The notes: generated by a model not told the origin, from the letters alone. DNA of 40,970 bases, filler included, from an uncultured virus (IMG/VR IMGVR_UViG_2049941000_000602) (3 parts of one record of this genome joined end to end with filler, not necessarily neighbours in it), one strand, 5' to 3'. Shown: positions 21,178 to 31,437, counted from the first letter of the whole stretch. A program made the numbers and translations.

Positions 21178-22394
21178 ACATGTTCTCCCGCGAGATAGAG
21201 GACGCTAGTGCCGCGGAGAGGCAGGAGTTCGAGAATGCCAAGAGGAGCCCGACCGGTTACGAAATTATAGTCCTGGACGATTTCGATAAGGCCCATGAGT
21301 TCCTGAAGTATACCCCGGAAGATTCGCCTTGGTGCTACCTGCAGAATAAGGCAACGTTCGAGGACTACAAGTCGAATGGAAATAAGTTGTACCTGGCGCT
21401 GGCGCCAGGATTCGAGAATCTGAAACCAGGGGACAAGGGTTATGGCAGGTCGATGATTGGGTTCGACATGGGGCCGGTCGATGCGCGCGGGATGTCCAAG
21501 ATGCAGGTATGCAACAACAGGTACAACCATGCGCCCGACCTGGAGAACGAGAACGACAGGAGCGGAGACTCGAAGTACACCGAAATCGAACTGGCGGAAA
21601 TACTGGGAATACCCATATGGAAGGATTGCCCGGGATATTCCGAGGAGGAACTTATACAATCAGGTCACATAAACCGGTCAATACTGGAGAGGATGTTCCC
21701 TGATTTTGAGTCGCTGAGGCGTGCCGTGCTGTACAAGCAGGACGCTATTGTGGAGGAATTGGGGGTACGCATCGAGTGGCGCCAATTCGCATCCCTGCAG
21801 CCGTTCGAATTCATGAATGCCCACAACGACCTGATTATCTGCTATGCTATACCCAACCAGGAGACTGACGAGCTGACTTACTTTGACATGTACAGGCGGG
21901 TCAGCGGCGACATCTACGCGATAACCGATATCGGCAAGGGAAGCAAGCTTGTTGATGAGACCGGGAAGATTCTCAACGATACCTGGTTCCACCAGATTGG
22001 CAAGCCGGACTCGTCCGGGTTCCCGGTACCTGTAGCGCGAAAGAATGCCGACCATACCGTAGAATGGAACCTGCTTGATTCCGATGGGAAAATACTTCTT
22101 GACAGCTGGTACCGGAACCTGAACGGGCCGTATGGCAGAAAGTACATTGTCATCAAGGATGATGACGGTATGGCCAGGCTGTGCCTAGCTGAAACGGGAG
22201 AACCGATATTGGACCCGATGGACACAATCCGTCATAACATAATCGACCAGACCCATGTATTCATGATGGAAAAGGACAGTCTGTTTAATTACTGGGTTGA
22301 CGGAGTATTCCTGTTGGATGAATGGACCAGTTCCCCGATGGCATACGCCGACCTGTATCGGTTGATGAGGAAGAGAAACGGCCTGTCTATCTAG
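21178..22394 (+). CDS. phage protein with WC motif and WG-like repeats, 5' partial
   Basis: SPWCY...FEDY...GNKLY, NNRYNH; repeats LVDETGKILNDTWF and LLDSDGKILLDSWY. Confidence 0.7.
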
Positions 22395-22726
22395 CGTAGG
22401 CCAAATTCCTTCAGTATCCCGATTATTTCAGTTATGTACTCGTCGTAGTAGTAGGACGGCAGAGTCGGGTCGTCTAGTTCCGCCGTGCTTGGGAATGCCG
22501 GATTGCCGATGGAAAGCACTTCATCCTGCCATTCGTGCTCAATCATCTTGTCCTTGATTGCATTGAGCAGCACCGAGTTGTCCGACGTGTGTATCCGGAC
22601 GGATATGTCGTCGCCCCTAAGGTTAAGCCATAGGGTCCTCTCGACCCCGTCCGGGATTATCTTGCTTAGAATCATCCTCGTGAAATAAATCAGCATTGCC
22701 AGGTATGCGGCGTGATATATTTTCAT
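22391..22726 (-). CDS. AxY-FLR module family protein
   Basis: MKIYHAAYLAMLIYFTRMILSK. Confidence 0.8.
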   Translation of the reverse strand: MKIYHAAYLAMLIYFTRMILSKIIPDGVERTLWLNLRGDDISVRIHTSDNSVLLNAIKDKMIEHEWQDEVLSIGNPAFPSTAELDDPTLPSYYYDEYITEIIGILKEFGLR

Positions 22727-23184
22727 TTGGTCCGGTCCCTTATAATCTGGATTGCACCGGCCATATCGTGCAGTCGCTTGTGTGCGGCTGATGCCATGCG
22801 CGTGTTGAGTCCAACCAGCTTGTCGTGCATGAGCTTGGTTGCCGATGGGTTTCCGTGGAACTGGTACATCGGGGCGTCCCATATCGGCATGATATACCTG
22901 ATGTTGTTGGCCTTGGCATAGTCGGCAACCTTGTTCACCGGAAGCAGCAGGGTTGTCCATAGTGTCGATGGCGATATACTCTCGGACTCCACGGTAGTTA
23001 CTGCCTGTGCAAGCACTATTATGAGCACGTTGTCACTGATTTTTCCATACCCGCCAACATTCCGGTTCGGGTGTATCGCCGTTACCATATACCTAACATT
23101 TGTGCTAGGTATAATCCTGGCTGCAATCTTCCTGAGGAAGTGCAGGGTGATGGCCATGTATGCAGCGTTCCGTATGCCAATCAT
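22723..23184 (-). CDS. AxY-FLR module family protein
   Basis: MIGIRNAAYMAITLHFLRKIAAR. Confidence 0.8.
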   Translation of the reverse strand: MIGIRNAAYMAITLHFLRKIAARIIPSTNVRYMVTAIHPNRNVGGYGKISDNVLIIVLAQAVTTVESESISPSTLWTTLLLPVNKVADYAKANNIRYIMPIWDAPMYQFHGNPSATKLMHDKLVGLNTRMASAAHKRLHDMAGAIQIIRDRTK

Positions 23185-23767
23185 TGGTTGACCCGCAGTT
23201 CCTTCGTACACAGCGTTCCGCAGCACGGGCACTTCGCGTGGAGCCACGTGTACGTATGGCCGCCGAACTTCCCGCCACACCCGGTGGTAGACGTGCGCTC
23301 GCACTGGTCTGCCGGCAGGTTGAACTCGCACCCGCATCCCCTGCACACGAAACACATCCTGACAGGCTCCTTGGTGATTATGTATTCCAGCTTCTTGTCT
23401 TCGCCGAACGAGTCCATCTTTCCCGGCTCGACATTGGAGAACCAGTCCAGTATCTCGCGCATGTTCTTCTCGGCGTCCGTTTCCCAGTCTATCTGGAAGC
23501 TGTGGAACAGGCATTCAGTTTCCTTGCGCCAGTGGATGTGCGTGAGATAGTTGACATCCCCGGGTTGCTCCGAGCGGCCCCCGATACACACCACGATATG
23601 GTGCCCGGAACTGTCCNNNNNNNNNNGAACTTCCACGCCTTCCTGATGTACCACGGGAGAATCCCGGGGGTCACCGGGATTTCCTCGGCGTCCATGAGCT
23701 TGAGTGCCGGGAGCGCCTCGTGAACCTTGTCGAGGGCGTCGGTAAACTTATCTTCTTTCTCTGCCAT
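23181..23767 (-). CDS. hypothetical protein with C-terminal zinc ribbon (gapped)
   Basis: MAEKEDKF start at 23767; CRGC...CPCC; join across the gap is assumed. Confidence 0.6.
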
Positions 23768-23769
23768 GT

Positions 23770-24162
23770 CTACATTTCCTTTCCGATGATTTGGTTGAAC
23801 AACGTTTCTTTTCTCGTTCCGGCCGGAGGCATCCACTGCCACATTCGCTTTGCAATCTCGTCGGCGAGGTTCTTGTCCTTGAAGGCTACCTGGACCGAGT
23901 CCGGCGTTTCCCCGTCTATTATCCGGAAGCGGTCCTTAGGGACACCTAGGGCTACCGCGATTGCATCGGCAAGCCCCCGGGGACTCATGTTGACTGCCGG
24001 GATGTCGAAATTCCAGTCCCGCGTCATGTCCTTGGAATGCTTGGGTGCGCAGTCGTAATGGTACTGCGTTTCCTTGCGTGGAGGTCTAAAAACCTTCGCC
24101 AGGATTTTCCTGGCGAAGGCTATTACGATTGCACAGTAAACTGCTATCCGAATCGACCTCAT
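23770..24162 (-). CDS. AxY-FLR module family protein (leaderless)
   Basis: MRSIRIAVYCAIVIAFARKILAK; ATG 5 nt after TATATTTG. Confidence 0.8.
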   Translation of the reverse strand: MRSIRIAVYCAIVIAFARKILAKVFRPPRKETQYHYDCAPKHSKDMTRDWNFDIPAVNMSPRGLADAIAVALGVPKDRFRIIDGETPDSVQVAFKDKNLADEIAKRMWQWMPPAGTRKETLFNQIIGKEM

Positions 24163-24181
24163 CGACCCAAATATAGCAATT

Positions 24182-25032
24182 TTATTTTTGCTTCATCGGG
24201 AGTTCTCCCTCTTCTGCCTTGTATTTCTGCGTGGTTTTCCCCAGCTGGTCAAGTTTGTCTATCCTGCTGACGAATTCAGGGGACATGTCGTGGTCCATGA
24301 ATTCACGTCGGCCGCATTCGACGTACATTGTACGCAGCATACGCTTGCCCGGGCCGAACCGGTCGGCAACCATCCGGTATGCATCAAGCAAACCTGATTG
24401 CCTTGCCAGCTTTGCGGCCGCCAGGCAAGTTGGGGTTTTCGGGGAGGCAAGGACGAAGTCCGCAACACGGCGGAAATCATGGAACATCATGGACGCCGCG
24501 GCATCAAGATAACCTTCATCCAGGTCGGATTGGTTGCATCTCATATCGTACTGTTCCAGGATTGCCCTCAGTAGCTCGTTGACGAAGTACGGGAAATTCC
24601 TTGACTTCTTGTACTGCTTGAGCACCCTCTCGGAGCACATATGCTCGAGCTGTTCGGATACGGTCTCGTCGATGTCGGATTCCGACTGCTCGTCGAACCT
24701 CCTGTTCTGCGCCTGCACGAGGAAGTCCTTGTTGAGGAGCCCGTTCCTGTTAAGTTGGTCCGCACGCTCGAGCGAGATGTCTTCGCCGGCGTTGATGCGT
24801 TCCGTGATGGCGCGCTTCACCCTGTTGAGAATATGGCGCTTCCTGAACTTGTCGTCGACGAGGACGCTGTATGTGGATTCCGCCGGGTCGAGTATGAAGT
24901 CGACGAGGTATTTGTACATGTCCTCGTTCTCGGCGAACCTGCCGTTGTTGAGCGCGGGGAGAATGTATTTCTTGATGAACTCCTTCTTGGCTTCGGCCGG
25001 ATAATTCGGGGATATGTACTTGGCGGCATCGT
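24182..25032 (-). CDS. C-terminal part of the large 18435-20835 protein
   Basis: About 43 nt exact overlap encoding DAAKYISPNYPAEA. Confidence 0.8.
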
Positions 25033-25042
25033 NNNNNNNNNN

Positions 25043-25679
25043 ATACGATATGGACGACATGGCAAAGTCGCTCAAGAAACGCATCTACGAGTGGGCTACA
25101 GCGGTGGTCGACGTGCACAACTCCCCGGCATGCGACAACGCAATCCTCGTATCCAACGACAAGTTCGCCCCGGCATACATCAGGTTCGCCATCAAGCACG
25201 GCATACACTACATGCTCCGCGAATCTGCAGCGAACACCATCAAGCGTTATGCCGTATACAGCGGACGCATCGGCTTCACTGTCGAGATGGGCGGTATGGG
25301 ATTCGCCCCTGGGTTCAAGGACACCATAGAGAAGCAGACCGACTTCGTGTACAGGCTCCTGGCCGCGCTCGACGGCGAACCGACAACATCGTTCCTCTCG
25401 TCCAGTAGCGACCTGCACATCCCGCAGCAGTACAATATGTTCCCGCTGCATGCCCACTACCAGGGCATCGTGCGACACCAGTTCGCCCCGGGAGATTCCA
25501 TAAAGCAAGGCGATATCGTGTTCGAGATTCTTACCCCGAACACCACCGCCGTACTTGAAGAAATAACCGCTCCGTGCGACTGTATCCTGGCAGACTGCGA
25601 TGACAGGCTATGGTCTACGCCGGGCATGGAAGTATGCAGTGTCCAGCCCATCATTCCCAAGGAGATAGTAAATGGATAG
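25043..25679 (+). CDS. succinylglutamate desuccinylase/aspartoacylase (M14) family, C-terminal part
   Basis: VVDVHNS, GFTVEMGG, lipoyl-like tail PGDSIKQGD...EITAPCD. Confidence 0.75.
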
Positions 25680-25899
25680 GTTCACTTTCAAGCAGATTAT
25701 GATTCTCGTCTGTACGGTGGCGGGGCTGTTCCTCGTGTTCATCGGTATGATGGTGGGAAACATCAGCAGTGTAACTACCAGGGTATGCGAGGGCGATTCC
25801 CCGTGCAAGTCCTATACCGTGGAAGTAAGGAACGCGAACATCGCAGGCGACGCCCTGTCCGAACTTTCCGAACGCATAATCACTGGAATCAAGCAATAG
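25672..25899 (+). CDS. small membrane-anchored protein
   Basis: AAGGAG RBS; N-terminal hydrophobic helix. Confidence 0.7.
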   Translation: MDRFTFKQIMILVCTVAGLFLVFIGMMVGNISSVTTRVCEGDSPCKSYTVEVRNANIAGDALSELSERIITGIKQ

Positions 25900-25907
25900 T
25901 GACGTTC

Positions 25908-26333
25908 ATGCGCCCGGTCTACATGGCATTCTACCTCTCAATCGTCCTGGGATTCCTCAGGGCGATTTTCAGGAAAGCGCTCACATACAAGGCAGACTAC
26001 GACAAGACCGCAAAGTACTTCCTTATAGCCACTGATTACCACGACTCGTCAATATGCATCCTGCTAGGAAAGATAGCGGAACCGCCTGACTTCCGCGGGT
26101 GGCAAGAGCACCTGTGCAACAAGTTCGTGAACGAAAACGGATTCAGCGAAACACTCGGCACAGCGGTAGTGCAATGGGCGGACCTAGCAGGCATACCGAA
26201 CGAAGAAATCAACTCCCCTGAATCCCAGTATACCGACTGGATGAACGAGCGGCTTGAACGTGCTGCAATTAAGCTTGCCAGGGAATATCCGTGGTTCATA
26301 CCAACAATTTTCAACGACTCAGACTTTCCGTAG
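25908..26333 (+). CDS. AxY-FLR module family protein
   Basis: MRPVYMAFYLSIVLGFLRAIFRK. Confidence 0.8.
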   Translation: MRPVYMAFYLSIVLGFLRAIFRKALTYKADYDKTAKYFLIATDYHDSSICILLGKIAEPPDFRGWQEHLCNKFVNENGFSETLGTAVVQWADLAGIPNEEINSPESQYTDWMNERLERAAIKLAREYPWFIPTIFNDSDFP

Positions 26334-26337
26334 TAAG

Positions 26338-26751
26338 ATGCATAATTCCATCTATCGCGCATTCTATGTTCTTCTAGTAATCAGGTTCCTCCGGACTACT
26401 GTCAGGAAGCTGCTTGTACCGCACAGGAAATTCCGTAACAAATGCAAGTTCGGCCTGTACGCCGTGCCAAAAGGCGAACACGTCACGCTCCACTTCGCAA
26501 ACGTCTATGTGGATGACCCGAGTGACATGGACAACTCGACACTGTTCCATGACCTCGGCGTAACCATGAGCAGGTGCCACGTATTCGCCATAGCGGATGG
26601 AAACAACGAGTACCCGTTCCACCAATTCATTCAGCCAGACAAATACCAAGGCCAACTGTCAGTATCGCTTGATACGAAAACAGTCGTACATACGATAGAC
26701 CACATACTGTACGACTTTGTCGGGCCGAACGACTACGACTTTTTCTTTTAA
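26338..26751 (+). CDS. AxY-FLR module family protein
   Basis: MHNSIYRAFYVLLVIRFLRTTVRK. Confidence 0.8.
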   Translation: MHNSIYRAFYVLLVIRFLRTTVRKLLVPHRKFRNKCKFGLYAVPKGEHVTLHFANVYVDDPSDMDNSTLFHDLGVTMSRCHVFAIADGNNEYPFHQFIQPDKYQGQLSVSLDTKTVVHTIDHILYDFVGPNDYDFFF

Positions 26752-26758
26752 AGGAAAA

Positions 26759-26778
26759 CCCGGTACATCAGTACCGGG
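26759..26778. terminator. hairpin between convergent genes
   Basis: cccggtac-atca-gtaccggg with A/T-rich flanks. Confidence 0.7.
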
Positions 26779-26783
26779 ATTTC

Positions 26784-27092
26784 TTATCTAGTAACGGCCA
26801 CACGGTGTCTCCCGGGTGCTCCGGTTGACCACAGGTCAAACATTTTCCTGGCCAATGCGGCATCCTGGTGAAACGGCTTGACTACCGTATAATTGCCGCG
26901 TTCATCAGTACGGCGATGCAATGTTGCAATCGTCTTCGCCTTTCCGGCATATGTCATGTACTTATAGTACTCCTCGGCATGCTCCGGGGTATCCGATACG
27001 ATTAGTTTCGGAGTGTCAAACGTAGTCATGCCTATGCCAGGCATCACTTCAGTATCATCGAGTTCGGCAACAAGGAAATAATGGTCAGCCAT
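26784..27092 (-). CDS. hypothetical protein
   Basis: GGAG RBS, 102 aa. Confidence 0.7.
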   Translation of the reverse strand: MADHYFLVAELDDTEVMPGIGMTTFDTPKLIVSDTPEHAEEYYKYMTYAGKAKTIATLHRRTDERGNYTVVKPFHQDAALARKMFDLWSTGAPGRHRVAVTR

Positions 27093-27093
27093 A

Positions 27094-27553
27094 CTATTCT
27101 CCGCTTGTTTCGGATGTACCTAGATTCCATTCCTTGAGAGCAGCAAGCTTCTCGTCAAGTTTTGCCTTCTTCTTGTTGATTGGCTCAGTAACCCTGTTCA
27201 GTTCATCGTCCAGGTCTTCCTTCGCCCGTTCCAGGGAAGCAATGGCTGCGTCCCGGTTGGCCGCATAGAGTTCGTTGTTGGTCATCCCCAGGTACTTCAC
27301 CGGAATCTTCACGGTGCACTTCTCGATGCCGTGACGGAAGCTGTATGCATGCTGGCAGTAGATTGTCTCGTGCCCTGCATTGTACTGCCACTGGTGATTG
27401 GCCACGTCCTTCACCCTCTGGGCTACAGAGTTGGTCGCATCTGCCGGAACCACGTCCAGCATCTGGCAACGAGCCATGATTTCAAGCACGTCCCTGATAC
27501 GGTCAACCAGGACCTTCTTCGCCTCAAGATACGCTTTCCATCGGCAATCCGGC
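27094..27553 (-). CDS. hypothetical protein with coiled-coil-like tail, 5' partial
   Basis: Open frame from the gap. Confidence 0.65.
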
Positions 27554-27563
27554 NNNNNNNNNN

Positions 27564-27862
27564 GGGTCCTCGATGTCATCGGTCGAGCCGAAGATGAGTC
27601 TTGCTATCCCGGGGACATAGTACACGTCGCAGCCGCCGCGGTGCACGAAATAATCGCGTATAAGCCCGTAGACCTTGCCGGGCCATTCCTTTGTGTAGTA
27701 CATCTCGAGGGCATCCGACATCCCCATCTTCTCCAGCACGGCCTTCATGTACCTCCGGGCGTCGCCCTCGGATGCCTCGAAGAGTTGCCGGTAAGCCCGG
27801 GTAACCGCCTCGAGCATTGTCCGGGATATCCCGATTTTACCTATTTCAGTCACGAATTTCAT
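27564..27862 (-). CDS. EA-motif protein, 3' partial (possibly the N-terminus of 21178-22394)
   Basis: MLEAVTRAYRQLFEAS; ATAAACT upstream. Confidence 0.7.
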
Positions 27863-27873
27863 ACGATACCGGT

Positions 27874-27900
27874 AGTTTATACAAGAAATTGCTATATTTG
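27874..27900. promoter_or_regulatory. back-to-back class II (-) and class I (+) promoters
   Basis: agtttat 27874-27880; gctatatttg 27891-27900. Confidence 0.7.
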
Positions 27901-27946
27901 GGGTATACACCGATTTCGAACAAGCATAAATATATAGGAACCAATC

Positions 27947-28363
27947 ATGAAACATACATACGTAGTAGGAACATTCGTCGACTCGATGACCGGCATGGAA
28001 GCCGATTACTTCAGTGACCCGTATGACGTCATCGAAGCCGAAAGCAAAGAAGAAGCGTGCGGCATCTACAACAAGAAGCACAAGTGCGACTACTTCTCCG
28101 GGAGGGTAATGGCGGAAATCCAGGACGACAGGATTGCCGACCTGGACAAGTACGCCCGTCTCGCCGATGTTGAAAGGGCTATCAGCGAAACCGCCACAGC
28201 GATGCAAAAGCAGGCTGACTCCAACAACCAGCTATTCGAATGCAGCGGAGCCTGCACAGTTGGAGATGTGCTTGAAGCTAAGCCAAAATTCACTAGAATC
28301 TGCGGATATCTACTCAAAGGACAGACGTTTAGTAAACAAGAAATCCCATCGAGGAACACATGA
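27947..28363 (+). CDS. hypothetical protein
   Basis: AGGA RBS, 138 aa. Confidence 0.75.
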   Translation: MKHTYVVGTFVDSMTGMEADYFSDPYDVIEAESKEEACGIYNKKHKCDYFSGRVMAEIQDDRIADLDKYARLADVERAISETATAMQKQADSNNQLFECSGACTVGDVLEAKPKFTRICGYLLKGQTFSKQEIPSRNT

Positions 28364-28551
28364 AAATCCTTTTAATTTCAGGAACCCACGGTAACGAACA
28401 GGCGGCAGTCTATGCAACCTCGCATGCACTGCGCAGGTTCAAAATTGATTACCACCAATCCGAGGTCGAATACGTTACATTGAACATCCCGGGGCTTAAC
28501 CAGAACACCCGGGAAATGCCAAAGCCGAAGGCGCCAACCATGGACTTCAAC
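28360..28551 (+). CDS. M14 aspartoacylase-like, N-terminal part
   Basis: LLISGTHGNE zinc motif and MDFN at the gap. Confidence 0.75.
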
Positions 28552-28566
28552 NNNNNNNNNNATACC

Positions 28567-28764
28567 CTACAGCAGCCTGAGTAGCTCCTTCCCGAGTTCC
28601 TCCCGGGATTTCCTCTCGGCATCCAGCTTTGCCTGGAGCTGCTCTATCGTGTGGATAAGCTCTATGCGCGACATCAGGTCGAGGTCGTCCCGCGTCAGCA
28701 CGTCAGGGGTCATGGTTAGCTTTTCGCCGAGCCATTTCCCGATGGAAGGCAGGCCGAAAATCAT
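28567..28764 (-). CDS. small coiled-coil-like protein
   Basis: AAGGA RBS, 65 aa. Confidence 0.65.
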   Translation of the reverse strand: MIFGLPSIGKWLGEKLTMTPDVLTRDDLDLMSRIELIHTIEQLQAKLDAERKSREELGKELLRLL

Positions 28765-28859
28765 GTTCCTTAAATCCTTCGGGGCACCCGGTTCCCGGAT
28801 GCCCCAACAATGTGATGTATGTTTATGCCGTCAAAATGCCGGAGAAACTTACAAAAAGC

Positions 28860-29123
28860 TTACATATTAGGGGTTTTGATGAATTTCCGCACGCTGTGCA
28901 GTAGTTCATCCACTGTTCCACGGTCATAAATCGATAAGATACGTGGACTTTCGATGTTGATTGGTTCGTACTTTGGTTCCCCGTCGGTTATCTTCAGGTA
29001 TGCCTCGCTCCAGTTCTCGGCTATGAGTTCCGCCTTCGCCTGTTTCAGTCTCGACAGGGAAACCGATGTAGCCAGTCGAACCGACAGATGGCGCTGCGGC
29101 AGCTCGATGTACAGGCACATCTT
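28860..29123 (-). CDS. 5' partial protein resembling the body of 22391-22726
   Basis: LSVRLATS...LIAENWSEAYLKI versus ISVRIHTS...MIEHEWQDEVLSI. Confidence 0.6.
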   Translation of the reverse strand, partial: KMCLYIELPQRHLSVRLATSVSLSRLKQAKAELIAENWSEAYLKITDGEPKYEPINIESPRILSIYDRGTVDELLHSVRKFIKTPNM

Positions 29124-29133
29124 NNNNNNNNNN

Positions 29134-29725
29134 TTGGGAATGGCTGCGGACACGAACTCTATCAGCCCGCCGAGCTCCCTGTATGCCTCAGCCGAGTGCG
29201 CGGTGTCCAGGCTGTACCCGGCAATATTGCAGCGGACGTTGCCTGACTGCTTCCTGGTGACGATGCGGCGGTCGGCCATGACCATCCCGGCGTCTACATA
29301 TATCTTCCTGGCGCTTACCGCCCATTCGCCTATGCGGTTCCTCTTGAACATGTGCACGGTCGACAGCTCGAGCATCTTCCCGGATATGGCGACGTCGACT
29401 ACGTAGTCGTGGTCCTCGCCTATCCCGTTGAACTTCGACAGGGTGTGCCCCTTGATTTTGGAGCACAGGGCGAGAGCCTTGTCTAGCGACCTGGCGTCCT
29501 CCTTGAACATGTCCGGGGTAATCTTCTCCCTGGCCGCCTGTGCCAGGCGGTTAGCCACCTCGAGAACGGCGGCGTTAGACGGTGGAGTCCACTCGGACAT
29601 CTTCTTCACCATGTCGACCAGTTCCCGGTCGGCGCCGGGGGCCTTCGCGGTCTTCCTCAGTTTTATCTTGAGTATTCACGTCGGCCGCCTTCNNNNNNNN
29701 NNTTCTTCGGCTTATTGTCGTCCAT
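29134..29725 (-). CDS. hypothetical protein, gapped, apparent 1-nt frameshift near 29675
   Basis: Class I promoter and GGAG RBS before ATG 29725. Confidence 0.55.
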
Positions 29726-29739
29726 ATATTTCTCCGATA

Positions 29740-29775
29740 CAAATATAGCAAAAGTGACGTTTTTTGCTATATTTG
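29740..29775. promoter_or_regulatory. divergent class I promoters
   Basis: caaatatagcaaaa ... ttttgctatatttg. Confidence 0.8.
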
Positions 29776-29793
29776 GAACAAGAGGAACCCAAT

Positions 29794-30621
29794 ATGGATA
29801 TTACAGACAAGAATTTCAAGGTCATCATAGGCAAGATGCGCGAATCCGAAACGTCAGACGTCGCTTACCATTGCAACAACGGGAGCTACTGCGGGCAGGC
29901 GAGCATCTCCATGCAGATTGACGACTACCGCAAGCGCCTCAGGGACAGGAACGATAACATGGGCATGCTCAGGACGATGAACTACCTTCTCGCCGGCGCG
30001 AAGGACGAGTGCTCGAGCAAGAAAGCCTTGCAGAATTTAGTGGCCACCGAGCTCAATACCAACAGGTCATTCATGAAGCAGTACGCGGCGAACATGAGGA
30101 CGCTGAAGTACCGCCGCTGGATGGTTGGGTCGGCAAACTCCCTGATTTCCCAGATGTTCGCCCACAAGCAATGGGGCGGCAGCGGTCCGAAGTACCCGGT
30201 GTTCGCCACGTGCCGAGACGCATGGTACCGGCTTTCCGACGACATCACGGTGTACTCCATGCTTGCCGCCGCCAGCGCCAGGCTGGATGCCGGGGACAAC
30301 GAAGCCGAATACAACAACCTGCTGGACTGCTCGGTCGACGTGTTCCGTGCCAACGTGGCACTCTTCAGGAAGCCCGAATCGGACAAGGTGCTCGACTACA
30401 GGATTCACGGGAGGGCTATCGTGTCCTTCGGCCTCACCGACGGGTGCGTGCCAATCATGCTGTCCTTGGACTGCACGTTCGGCATGGACGGCACAATCGA
30501 GGGCCTGGACAGGAAGCTCGGATACGACATCGTCGCCTTCCGCCCGTTCGAGGAGAAGACCGTGACGAGGATGCCGCGCCTCACAAGAATTGAAGCAATC
30601 AAGAAAGGAGCCGAACAATGA
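29794..30621 (+). CDS. hypothetical protein (tandem paralog 1)
   Basis: GAGGA RBS, 275 aa. Confidence 0.75.
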   Translation: MDITDKNFKVIIGKMRESETSDVAYHCNNGSYCGQASISMQIDDYRKRLRDRNDNMGMLRTMNYLLAGAKDECSSKKALQNLVATELNTNRSFMKQYAANMRTLKYRRWMVGSANSLISQMFAHKQWGGSGPKYPVFATCRDAWYRLSDDITVYSMLAAASARLDAGDNEAEYNNLLDCSVDVFRANVALFRKPESDKVLDYRIHGRAIVSFGLTDGCVPIMLSLDCTFGMDGTIEGLDRKLGYDIVAFRPFEEKTVTRMPRLTRIEAIKKGAEQ

Positions 30622-31437
30622 ATTTCAGCCCGAATGAACTGGTAGATACCGTCGACCAAATACTGCTGGAGACCTTGCCGTTCCCGTCATGGAAGAAAAT
30701 GACTCAGTGGGAAATCGAGGCAAGGCGCCACAAGCTCGGCATGGACCGTGCCTCGCAGTACAACGTGCTGCGCCTCCTGAACTCCGTCAAGAGGACTGTC
30801 CGCCACGTCAACGGCATCACCCCGGCGACGCTCAGGTCAGCGCACGTCACGGACGAGCTTGACAAGGTCGACACCGCAGAACGCCGGAAAGCCAAGGCAT
30901 TCATCTCCGAACTCAACGCCACGCTCAGGGAACTGAATGCCGCGTATACGGTAGTGACGAGCTCGTACCTGCTCGCCCGGGACATCATGCACTACTCTTC
31001 CGGTAAAAAGCCGGTGATGCTCAAGAACGAACACGGGAGATGGCATACCACCGCCGGGATGTACCGGGCGTATCTCGGGATGCTCGACGAGATGAAGAAA
31101 AAGAACTCGCCAAAGGGCATGCTTCCCGAACAGATGGAAGACAACGCCAGGCTGTCCGCCAAGGAGTTCCGCAGGAACATCACCCATTTCAACCCGGAAG
31201 AGGAGTACGAGTCGTACAAGGTCACCGGCAAGGCCATCGTCTATGCCGGGGTTGCCGCGGGCGGCTGGCCGGTACTGGTCTCNNNNNNNNNNCGACCTTG
31301 ACGGCCAGGTGGTCGACCTCCCTGAAGACTTCAAGGTGCTCGCCTTCAAGCCCAAGATGGCGACAATTACAAAGGCGTTCATGCAGCCGAAGAAGACTGA
31401 AGAGAAGTCCGAGGAAGGACCCTCCAAAGAAGTCTAG
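30618..31437 (+). CDS. hypothetical protein (tandem paralog 2, gapped)
   Basis: YKVTGKAIV...LAFKP versus YRIHGRAIV...VAFRP in paralog 1. Confidence 0.7.

Noticed and set aside
20793..25032. Invertible segment or shufflon bounded by about 43-nt inverted repeats
   Set aside because: Both copies end exactly at N gaps (contig-end overlap) and no recombinase is seen
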